Part shown: piece after piece, positions 1 to 11,222 of the stretch
How positions within the stretch are numbered: the stretch's first letter is position 1
How the letters are laid out: each line of letters opens with the position of its first letter
Assembly: GCA_910592345.1 (NCBI GenBank)
Contig: CAJVPI010000071.1
Span: forward strand, 1-61,339
DNA: 61,339 nt
Direction of reading: 5' to 3'
Source of the DNA: Paraglomus brasilianum
Lineage: Eukaryota
Position numbers and translations under genes: made by a program
Notes under the pieces: model-generated
The model's database searches: none
Told to the model about the DNA's origin: nothing
What the model saw: the letters and a program-made list of their open reading frames with translations, nothing else

Positions 1-26
1 TTAATCTGCGGCCAATCGGAAATTAG

Positions 27-213
27 TGATTATAGAGAGGTCAAATTACTAATAAAAATAATATGTACGTTACAGATCATGTGGTGATAGTGATTATAAA
101 CGATTTGTGACTATAAAGAGGTAAATTAACCAAGTTAAGGTCCGTTTCAAAAAATAACGTTCTTATATAGAGGTGTGACTATATAGGGTGTGACTGTAAG
201 GAGGTCTGACTGT
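27..213. mobile_element. Terminus of a pogo/Tc1-superfamily DNA element (TIR with subterminal repeats)
   Basis: Repeated GACTATA(G/A)AGAGGT-like motifs end in GAGGTCTGACTGTA, whose reverse complement TA-CAGTCAGACCTC is a typical pogo-like end with a TA target. Confidence 0.5.
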
Positions 214-304
214 ACTTACCGATATGTATCTTGGAATTTTGCGCTCCTTTATTAGTTACACCTATGATTGAACGCTAAAGGTATGCTTGCACTAACAAGG
301 CAAG

Positions 305-346
305 GAGCGTGTCTTGGTGGAGCGTATCTTGGTGTAGCGTGTCTTG
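305..346. repeat. Short tandem repeat, ~15-bp unit x3
   Basis: AGCGT(G/A)TCTTGGTG(G/T) repeated three times. Confidence 0.6.
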
Positions 347-596
347 ATAGGTGTAAATAGAGCCCTTGGTTTGAAAGTTTGTTGTTTAAGGTCTGAGGGT
401 ATAGGGTATACAGTGAAAGTCGATATAACGGACTGCGTTTTAATCTGTAATATCGACGAGTCCGTAATATCGACTTGTGAGTTTTATATCAGATATTATT
501 TAGTATTAGTAAACAAATTCCGTTCCAGAGAAAAAGTCTGTTCCACTTTCACTGTGTATACCTTCACAAATAAGGGTGGTCGGATATCACTATTGT

Positions 597-1400
597 TACC
601 GTATAGTTCCGAAAATAAGCACCCCCTTTAACAATAAGAGGTTCACTACTTCGTGTATTGTGGTGTATATTTATCGATTATTATACATAGTATGTCACCC
701 GTCTTTGTTTTCCAAACAAGACGCACTGTCTAAACTGGATGACGATTGTCCGTAAAGGGATGAGTGGTCTTGAATTAGATTGCGATAGATGATTTGTCCA
801 ATGAGTTGGCCCATCCTAAATTGGGCTAGATATATATTAATATTTCGAATTTACCATATCATTGTGCTTATTCACGAGAGAATACGGTATTTACGCACGC
901 TCTTTCTATTTCTAGATTAATAGACTTGTCTTTTAAACGTTTCGTAAAATCGGCTAAGCCACTCCTTTATTTAGCAATCGTTTTACAGTCTTCAACGTTT
1001 GTTCAATCAGAGGATGTCGATTCTAATCTACTACCAATGATTCAATTTCAGATCTATGAGTGTACTCGGAGAAGCTCTCGAGCGGGGAATTGAACTGAAA
1101 CCCTGTCTCCTGCGTGACAGGAGAGGATACTAAGAAACTATGACCACAAAGTTAACAATAAACAATGAATATCTTTTGTTATGCATGATTACAATAAGAC
1201 ATATCAATACATTTGAAGACATAATAATGCCGTATAGTTCCGAAAATAAGCATCTCCCCAAAATTTTTACCTCCAAAAATAAGCACCTACACCACAATTA
1301 ATTTATCACGAAATTATTATAACTATGAGTTGGGATGTCACTACCATGTGGTCACCTCCCACAAACTCGAAATTGTGACTTCCAAAAATAAGCATCACCA
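597..1400 (+). mobile_element. Two copies of a DNA-transposon-like terminus CCGTATAGTTCCGAAAATAAGCA
   Basis: Identical 23-mer at ~599 (preceded by TA) and ~1230, with AAAATAAGCA sub-repeats at ~1276 and ~1386. Confidence 0.45.
1075..1140 (-). pseudogene. Degenerate tRNA-Asp(GTC) or tRNA-derived repeat
   Basis: Minus strand reads TTAGTATCCTCTCCTGTCACGCAGGAGACAGGGTTTCAGTTCAATTCCCCGCTCGAGAG. It matches the tRNA-Asp anticodon loop (CTGTCAC) and T-arm/B-box, with an insertion before the T-loop and no intact 5' acceptor/D-arm. Confidence 0.65.
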
Positions 1401-1699
1401 TTGTTAAAGGGGGGAGTGCACTATCCCCTAGTCTGTATTAGTAGCCTTTGGATCCTCTGCTCTCATCTTCATAGACAAGCTCAGTAAGCTGGTCAAAAAT
1501 GTCTTTGAGCATCTTAGTATTAGGGGTCCATTGCCACTGTTGTCAATTGGACTACATCTTGTGGCAGTGTGAATTGTGTGATGACCCCAAAACAATAAAC
1601 ACTGCAGTATCAGAGGTCCATCCAATACACCTTGCATTCAAATCCAAATATATGTAGTCCATATACTCTCAAAGTCTGAAAGATCTCAACATCACCATG

Positions 1700-3118
1700 C
1701 TTTGTCCCATTCTCACCATAAAATAGCTGACCTGCCTCCCTGCAGCCATATTCAGTCTCATTATCTTTCAAACTAGTAAGTCTCCTCATCTCCCATTACT
1801 TTTTATCTCTTACAGTTTTTTCTCATCAAGGATGAGTGATTGCATAATTCTCCCCTATCATATTAATATATCAAATGAAGATTAGATGATTATGATGGCT
1901 TGGCTGAATATGAATGTCTTTCTGGAAGAGACACATACCTGAATGGCTTCCAAATCTTGGATATTAATATCATTGAAAATCAATGACTGCCAGAACCATA
2001 GCTCAACTCTTACATGTTGTAAACTGAGTTCTGAATCCAGTCCCTATAAAAGTCATTTGCTTGGACAAAATTCTGATCCATTTCTTCAGATCTGAAAATC
2101 CAGTTCAAAGTCAGCTGTTGTCCTCTGTTGTAAATGAAACAAGCAGATATAGTAATAGACATAAAGGGGAAAAAATGGATACTTACAACATTGAAGCTGT
2201 TCATTATAATGTTAATGTGGCAGCCAATCAAATTTGCTTATCTCTTTTACAGCCTTTAGCAGTGTCACTTTTGGAAGCTAATGTATTGTCCGGAAAAAGA
2301 GACCTGCTTCATCAGCATTGAAAATATTCTCAAGTGGATATTGCTTCTACTACTGACATATCAATTGGTGATATTGTTTTTCAATATCAACCAACCATTT
2401 GCTGCTTCAAACTTTGAGAAACTTGTATATTATTGCTGCATACCATTGATTTAGTGGGTCCTTTATCGGGCGTGGACTGCTAAAGCTGTTGTTGATATCA
2501 TATTATTATATACACATGACAGATCCCAACAGGAACTTTTTTTTTAAATATTGTCTGCCTTCTGTGAGGGCAGACTACATGTTGGTGGCGACAGTGGAGG
2601 AGGAGGAGGCCTTTCTCATGCTTTCTTTCTACGGTAACTGTCACGCGCGTTGGAAAGCATCTTTGCAAGTTAAAGATACTCATGTGCTGCGTACCATTGA
2701 AAACCATCTATGAAGGGTTTTTTTGACAATATCATAGCGACCTTGCTGTACTCGAGCATGCTCATTCCAAAACAGCTGAACAATCAAGATTATAAATTCT
2801 TGCTAGTTCTGTATCACTTTTATGTTCCTTGACAATTTCAACTTAATCTCGAGAGTAATTGACTGTCTATCTTTGCGCTTGTAGAATTCATAATTAACGA
2901 AGACATTCGTAAAGAATTAAGTTTTGATAAACAACACGTAAACGTTATTTAAATGACACGCGAAATCACTCCATTTAGTAGTTGTGTAACTTTAGGTTAT
3001 ATAAATGATATTAATATAGAATCTAACTGACAAAAAAAAAAGAACATATGTTCTTATAAAGCCGTTTGTTTTTTATAAAACTGGGGATATAACCGGAGGT
3101 GGGAAGGGTATGACTGTA
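1700..3118 (-). mobile_element. Decayed pogo/Tigger-type (CENP-B HTH + DDE_1) transposon
   Basis: Terminus TACAGTCATACCC at 3118. Frameshifted minus-strand fragments KRKDRQSITLEIK..EIVKEHKSDTELARIYNL (HTH), RVQQGRYDIVKKTLHRWFSMVRS (Tc5-type HTH), KFEAANGWL, PDNTLASKSDTAKGCKRDK and EMDQNFVQ..FYR. Confidence 0.7.
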
Positions 3119-3263
3119 TTATAATCGTAATAAACTATTCGACTGTTGTCTTTATTTATCATTAATTTCACACAAATGCCGGCAAAATCACTGAGATGCC
3201 GAGCTTCCACCCGAACGCCAATACATCATGTCACTTACTCTTGGAACTTCGAACGTACTCAGT

Positions 3264-5984
3264 TCAAATCATCAAAGTGTCCATTCTTAACGGGTTGTCA
3301 TTTGCTCTCTTTCTTAATTCATAGCAAGACATCTTCCCATCATGATAGACGAAATACAAGTTATAATGAATAAGAGATTTGTCAGAAACCTTGTCATGCT
3401 TACTGACAAATATTCCTTAAATTGAAAACCATAAATTAGTAACGTGTTTGTGTTTTAGATCAAGGAAATTGCAAATATTTACCCAACAGAGGCACCGTTG
3501 AACGTGATGCAGGAAGGCGTTTCTCAACGCGAAAGAAATACTTCTCATTTCCATTCTCATCATGCAATCTGTCACGTATTGAAGTGTCAACAATAAGCAA
3601 TTGCCAATATACTTCGCCATTTATGAGAACTTACTTGAGAATTCTGACTAGTGCAACTTTCCCGTTTTTACTAGCAACTACGGCGAGCGATAGATCGGGT
3701 ATCCACTGTAGGGACAAAAATTTGGGGTCAATGTGTTATAACTTAAAATTACGCCAAGCGCTTGGTTATCCTCACCTCAGTTATATTCACTGAATCGGAA
3801 ATATCATGCCCAAACGGAATGCGAGAATCCATGTGGATAACACGCTTCTCACAGCATAGCTGAGCTAGACGTTTCTTAGGATCCAGAAGGTACAAGTCAT
3901 ACAAAGTACCGAAGAGAACAAGATCCGTCGGAAGATTATCTGTGTCTGTTGTAGTAGTAGAGACTGTCTGTGGTATAGCGTCAGGAAAAGTCGGAAAAAG
4001 AAGAGGTCTGCGGATCCCATCGTGAGTATTAAACGAAGCAGATGGATGAAAAGAATAGCTATCATTGTCAATAATATCAAACGGAGTAGACGGAATAATA
4101 CGAGGTCTGTCGCTTTCGTTGCGAGCATTAAACGAAGCAGTCGGAGGCGAGCTAACCGCCAAATCATAGCGTAGTAGTGTTATAGTTGTTCCGTCAACAG
4201 TTATGGATCTGGGTAAAGTGGGCAAAGCTCTTTCTTGATAAACTGCTCCGCTATAATTATTGCTAACATTGTTATTATTATTAATGGTATCAGAATGATC
4301 ATTCGAACGAACGGTTGTTTGCTCCCTACTCGGAGATTGTGATTGAGCGTCATCGTCAACTGTTGCGTGATTGCTATTCTCGTCACTCTCTCCATTCCCT
4401 TCGAGCAAATCTAGCAAATCTGCATCATCATCGGAGTCTAGCAAATGAGTAGCTATAGACTCGTCATCTGAGATAGAAAGTGACTCTATGTCAAACAGGG
4501 AATCGTTTTCATCGTAATAACCATCGGAGAATTCGGTATCCTCATGTCCAGTGCGCACTCCTTCAGATAATGGGCTTTCACTATCTCCGTCACCTATATC
4601 AAAACTGCCAAGTTCGTGTGAAGATGCCGAGTCAGTGTCATCAAAGTTGTGATTTCTGCGCAGCAGATTCGTTTCATGGTTCGCGTTTGCTTGTACAGTT
4701 GGAACATGATTTGATGTAGTTTGACGACCAGACGTGGGTGTTGTTCGAGTAACGCTTTCAAATGATGAAGGAGACACAAAGCAGACTGTCCATCCCCTAA
4801 GCAAATCGAGAGATCATATAAGTGTAAGGTACTTTAAAGACTATATATCAACAATTGTTAAAGCCCTCACCAAAAGCCGCCGACAGTTCGCGTCAAAATG
4901 TGCTCCCCAGTATGAACATTCCATACACGACACGTACGGTCTATGCTGCATGATACAAGAAACGTCCCGCAAGGACTGAAGCATATATTCGGTATGTTGT
5001 GCAAATGTCCACTTAGTACAGTTCTATCCCTCTGGGCCGGTTCATGCTTATCTTTAAGTCGACACACCACATCTGCATATTGTGCCGGATAATCGCCCGT
5101 CCCTGACAGTTGAGATTTGGGTTGGTCCCCAGTGGAAAGCAATCCATTTCTAAAGTTGAATATGGTAATTTCTTCAAAGTAACAGTTAGAACTCATGATA
5201 CATGCATACAATTACAAAGATTTGAGATGAAGAAATAAGAAAGCAACCACGTGAATTCGCACTAACTGCTAATAATCGAGAAGGCCCGTGCATTGCTATT
5301 CCCCATGTGGACTCATTGTTGCTTTGAAAAGTAAGAGCCATGCAATCAATATGACCCTACTCCAAGTGCAGCAAACGATGAACGAAATTGTTTGTATACT
5401 TACGTCAAACATATAGGATTACGATCAAGAGCTGACGTGAACCAGACACGTATGTCACCTCTTGATCCAACACTCGCGAGAACCTCTTCAGTACCAAGCT
5501 TCCCAACTTTAATCGCGTTGATCTCCTTTGTCTGAGAAAATAGGTTGAGTCTTAAAATGCCCAATAACCTAACAAATGGGTCAATACTTGAAACCTTACA
5601 GAAAAATTATCGTATGCAGGTCCCAACGTTTCGTGCGGAGGATGTAAGAGCTTCATTATTGGATCAAGCGTTTTATCACTTCTTGCGTTTAAGCGATAAA
5701 CGTGAATCTCGTCATAAATGGCAGCAAAAAACACAGAGGGATCCACTTCAGACACTGCCAAGAGGTTCATTCTCTATAAAACAAAAACTGTTAGCTTTAT
5801 GTCGTAGTCTGATTCGTACGGCACGTCTTTTTGAATGCAATACTTGCCCCAAATTTGCACCCATTAACTGTAATATCGTGCTTTTCGAATACCATATGTA
5901 CCTATTAAAATAACTTAGTATAATAGTAGTAATTGGCCTCTTTAGTGTTTTTTTTCAAATTACCTCAATGGAATGATAATCCAT
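3264..5984 (-). CDS. CRT10: CRT10-like WD40-repeat protein (multi-exon) with a long acidic, low-complexity insertion
   Basis: Spliced fragments RMNLLAVSE..FFAAIYDEIHVY, EINAIKVGKLGTEEVLASVG..GDIRVW, NESTWGIAMHG..RLLAVSANS, LSGHLHNIPNICFSPCGTFLVSCSIDRTCRVW, GWTV. ATG at 5984 and TGA at 3264-3266 were inferred by manual splicing. Confidence 0.72.
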
Positions 5985-6269
5985 GTCGCTTATTCAGTGG
6001 GGGGGGGGGGAAAAGACAAGAATTAAAAGTAATAATGGCATGATGATAATGTAATCTGTAATTACGCCACATGATTTTCAGCCACAACGGTAATAGTAAT
6101 GTTTCACAATGCACTTTAAACTTTGTTGTTTTTTATGTTTCTAAAATTTTCCCGAAACGTATAGGTTTCTTTAGAGCTTATTATTATGAAATTGTAGATC
6201 CACTGTCACATTGTCACAATGTTTATTACCAATAGACTTATTATTCAGCTGGGAATTTTTTTTCTCGAG

Positions 6270-7075
6270 TTGAACCACTTTTAACCGATAAGCAAAGTGC
6301 CTAGAAGAAAGACTGGAACATTAGAAAGTGGAAAATATTATCCGGAGTGATGAGTCTTGCTTCAAAATTTTAGAAACGATGGGCCGATTCGTATATGGCG
6401 AAGGACCGGAGAACGTTACGATATTGAAAATCTCGCACCTTTAGTTAAACGCGGCTGGAGGAATCATGGTATGGGGAAGCTTTTTGGGAAGAGGTATGAT
6501 CCATTGACAGTAGATGGAAAGATGAATCATCAAGATTATATAATAGACCTCGAAACCTCGAGATTATATAATCTTAGATGAAAATCTTTTGCCATCAATT
6601 CAATGGTAAAGATTATAATTATGCTTTCCAAGATGACAATGCCCGTATGCATACAGCAAAAAATGTAGTCAATTGGATTAGGGAGAAGAAAATAAAAATC
6701 TTTACCTGTCAATCTCCCCACCTTGAAAGGCGTCTGAAAAACCGTAAACAACATCCCCAAATGCCAAGAGGAATGATCACTAATCCCTTATGAAACATAT
6801 TCCAATTTAATTAAGAGCCTGTCAAGAAGGCTTAAGGCATGTATTTCTAATAATGGATGGCCAACCCCAAACGTAAAATTAAAGATCGGCGAAATGATTT
6901 TACTTTGCAATTAATTATTTATTGCCGAATGTTTCAAAATTTACATGCGAACGCGAATGCTTGAAAACCTAAGCTACAAACTGTTATTATTTTTTCTATC
7001 GTTGTTACATCAAATTTTGCGTAAAGTAAAAAAATAAAATAATTTCCGTCCGGATACTTTTTACCAAGGAGCGTA
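6270..7075 (+). mobile_element. Tc1/mariner transposon remnant (transposase pseudogene plus right TIR)
   Basis: Frameshifted WENIIRSDESCF..IRIWRR.GERY, GIMVWG, FQDDNARMHTAK and QSP motifs. Ends in GTCCGGATACTTTTTACCAAGGAGCG-TA. Confidence 0.85.
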
Positions 7076-8761
7076 GGAATAACACACGTATATTTTCAAA
7101 TTGTTCATCTAAGTTATTTATATCATTAATTAAGGTGTCGCTTTTCTATCAATATGAATCTGCTTTATTTAAAACCCCATAATCGTATAATAAGTCTTTA
7201 AGATAATCATTGAGCGTAAACACCAAGGGTTTCTTATATTCCTCAACGAGATATGATACATCACTTATTGTATCATTGAAACCGGTTTTCATCTAGACGA
7301 GTATTCTACTGTCAGACCAATAAGTAAGTGGGTTTAAAGTTTTTATCCGTTATTGTATCTATTTCTATTGTAATTATGATCACTTTCTTCATCGGTTCAT
7401 TTTCTTTATTGACTATTGTCTGAAAATTCTATTCCAGATCATTAAATATAAAGATGTATGAGTGGAAAAATAGTAATAGGATTTGGGATCGCCTAAAGCT
7501 AATGTATTTTCGAAATAAAAAATATTATTACTATGGTGGGAAAGATTACTTTTGTGCTCACAAAGCTTTGCCTTGATGGACAAAAATGATCTGTTATTCA
7601 TGCAATAAACTTGTATATGTGGAATAGAACACTTGTCAATAAGTGAAAGACGTGTATATGATAGATTGAAGGGCAAGTTTATATATTCACTTTTTTGTCA
7701 TAATAATTATATTACAAATAAATTTGGTGATAATAAACTATATAGTTATGCTTTATAGTTAGAAAATGTTACCAGAAGGAGTAGGCGCGCAGGCCCTTTT
7801 GAATACTCAAAGACAGAAGGGATATTCGAGAGATACATCCACCATGCATAAACGGGCAGGTTTGGATGGATAAGCTACGTTCATTGACTCCTTCTCCTTT
7901 GCCATCAAAGCCTTTTGCATTAATTAAGCGTAGCGCAAGCGTACCAGAGATTTCGCCTATAGATTTGAAGAAGCCGAGTCTTGATTGATGCTGAGGAATA
8001 TTTAATTCTGTGCGAAAGAATGCAAATAGGAGATAGATTTAATATTTTTCAACTGAATATTAACATTATTTATTTAGCCGAAGGCACGATGCATAACTTA
8101 TCCGTGATATATCGCTTAGTGGAACCGTTTCGTTTGTCTGTCACACGCGGGTAAAATATTGTGATCTTGTAAATAGTAACAAACAAAAACAATAAAAAAG
8201 AACGATCAGAATTCTTAGTTTAGCGATCTTTATTAGCGACCAGACGCTCCAACATGATTAAGCTTAACAGCAACTAGTATTTGGAAGGAGCCTCCTACAA
8301 TCTAAGTAAATAAATTTTTTTAGCAGGTAAAATGCATAAATAATAGCAATATAAGCGAGCAACCTGAAACCCCCAGAGACACTGTGCCTGAAAGAAACTG
8401 AAACATAATATTTTATTTAGGTAGCTTATAATACCAGTAGATGTTGTTATATTGATTACTTAAAATAATGGCTTGGAGAGATAAATGTAAACTTTCGAAA
8501 TTGACAAATTAATGTAATAATGATAACATTATAACGGCAGTTTTCTCCTTGAGACGAGCCTAATAGTTTGGAGAAAAATCATCGCATTAATATGCAATTA
8601 TGTGTCGTATGAAGGTTGCGGGAAGGTGAAGGAAAAAAAAAGCTTAAATAATTGGACTAGAATTTACAAGTGTTACAATAAAACGATTGGTATCTAATCT
8701 ATTAAGTTAATTATATATTTTTAAGCACGAACCTCAGAGGAGGCAGTTTATGTAGACGATT

Positions 8762-10002
8762 ATGTCTGTAGTTTCATTACAAGAAGATATTTCAGTTGCA
8801 TACTTAGGACCAGCTGGGTCTTATACGCACGAGGTTTGTTCGTTGACGGATTTGTTTCACATGATTTTACCTGTAGTAAACGAGATACCGATGAGGTTAT
8901 GCATCATCTTGTAGGCTGCTCAAGAGAGATTTGTGGGCAATAATTTTGCTTATAAACCATATGCGTCTATAAGCGGTGAGTGGGGAGCTTCTGTTCTAAG
9001 ATCTATTGGATTATGTTTATTGTTAACAATTAATTCCGTATAATAGACATTTTTGATGCGGTGGAAAGTAGACGCACCACCTGCGGAATTGTACCATTTG
9101 AAAATTCAACTTTTGGATCTGTGGTTACTACCTTGGATTGTTTCATAGGTAGCAAACTAAGAATAAGTGCCGAAGCATATCTTCCGGTAGATAGGGGTTA
9201 TATTCAGGCTGATGTTACAAATTGAGTCTTACATCTATAACTTATCACTTACTACTTCTTTGAAGGTACATCACAATTTACTGTCCAAGTCCAAACTTTC
9301 TGAGTTGAAAAAAGTATATAGCCATCCACAGGTATGTTCAAAAGACGAACATTTTCAGCACTGGAACGATCATAATATCTGACACACGCGACACCCAGGC
9401 ACTCGGGCAATGCAAGAAGTGGTTAGCAACGCATCTTCCTGGTGTAGCTCTAGTTGAGGTCGCATCAACAAGCTATGCTGCAGAGTTAGCAAAAGAAGAT
9501 CCTGAAGCGGCCGCTATAGCGAGTTTAATGTGTGCGGAATTGTATTCACTGAACGTAATTGAGCGTGATATCGAAGATGGAAAGAGTACGTTTTTTAGGC
9601 AACTACAACTTTTATTTAAATTAAATCGTTTGCGTCGTAATTTAACTTCGTTTATTCAATTTACGTTTAGACAACACAACGCGGTTCTTCATTCTGGGAG
9701 GATCAACTAGTACTCGTACTGGCGACGATAAAACATATTTTCTCTTTACAGTAGATCATCGCAAACCTGGAGCTCTTTGTGATGCTCTCAAGGTTTTTAA
9801 AGATCATGAGATTAATTTGACTAAGATTGACTCTCGTCCATCTCAACAAAGACCATGGCACTATGCGTTTTTTGTCGAGTTTCAAGGACATTTGGAGGAT
9901 GAGAACGTACAGGGAGCTTTGGAAAAACTAAAAGAGCTATGTCCAAATGCCAAAGAATTAGGAAGTTACCCCAATCAGAGACCTAAAGAAGACACGTACT
10001 AG
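8762..10002 (+). CDS. PHA2: Prephenate dehydratase (multi-exon)
   Basis: MSVVSLQEDISVAYLGPAGSYTHE, GIVPFENSTFGSV, KVYSHPQALGQC, NTTRFFIL and ACT domain INLTKIDSRPS..WHYAFFVEF..LGSYP. Confidence 0.95.
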
Positions 10003-11222
10003 TAGAAAGTATCAGTTCCCGAGTGACGGATATATTTATAAACAATTTGTCAACGCTCACATACTAAATCAATCACTGACAATTATAATTCGGTTATAAA
10101 CTTTTCGGTTGTAAGAGTCGCCCTTCGCCTTAAGAGTTTATCAACTTGTTGCATCTTGTGATCCTTCTCAAGGTCTGCTGGATGCAAATTCAATTGAAGT
10201 ATCTGATGAAGAGATAATTGATATCACTACAGTTGAGTTAATACGACCATAATTTGTAACTTTCGTTCTATCTTTTGTCTTATTTGTCGGCCTCTTTCCT
10301 TTTCGCAATTGCAAGTCTCATATGAGTAGCCATTATAGAAGCATGCATTACATTTGATTATGATTGGCGATCGGCATTCTCGAAAATTTTCGTGGGGGTT
10401 TCTATAATTTTTGAAAAGAGCGATAAATATCTTCACTAATACACATAACGACTGTTGGGTTTTCTAATAATCCAATGATATAGGAAAAAATACCAGAAAA
10501 AAATAATCGTGTCAATTTATAAACCCTTTTGTAGATAAACAATTATTTTTCTTGCAATCATATTTCATCTTACCTTCTTCGTCTGTGAAGAACCAGGATG
10601 TCAGATGCTGGAAAATGCACAAAGGGTATTATGAAGCAACAGTGGCCATGTGCGGTGTGTCGTGTCTAGTGTGTCCTGAGTTGTGTAAGTTGGTATAGCA
10701 GCGCAAATGAACGGCTTCAAATACAGTCCGCATTCCATTCTCAACAGCTAGACCTCTACACAGACGTGTTGCGCGATGTGTACAACGTTATTGTGTGACC
10801 AATGATATTGATGCGCAACGTACGAAAATGGCGCATTCAGCATAAACCTAGTACTAGTTCCTTCTCGCGTAAGCTGCTAAAGATGGGTAATCAGAAGCTT
10901 AATTTTCGTATACTTCCAATATTAACATAACTGCCTATAAATCACGTCAAGAGTACTCTTCATAATAACTTTCGTCTATTTGCCGAATTCATTGTCTAAA
11001 CATTTCTGAATCGAATTTCCTTCTTTGTCATAATAGTAATTAAAGAACTCGGACGACCTACACACTTAGTTTATATGGTACTTAGAAGACCACGAAATAA
11101 AGTGAATTGCAACTGTTTTATTTAATTTAAAGTTTTGTGCTTATAATAATATTATGCGATTCTATTCAGATTATCTATCCTTTACATATCAAGAACTTGT
11201 TGTACAGTAAACTATATGGCAA

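Noticed and set aside
7413..8000. Possible minus-strand gene remnant
   Set aside because: Short fragments with multiple stops and no recognisable motif.
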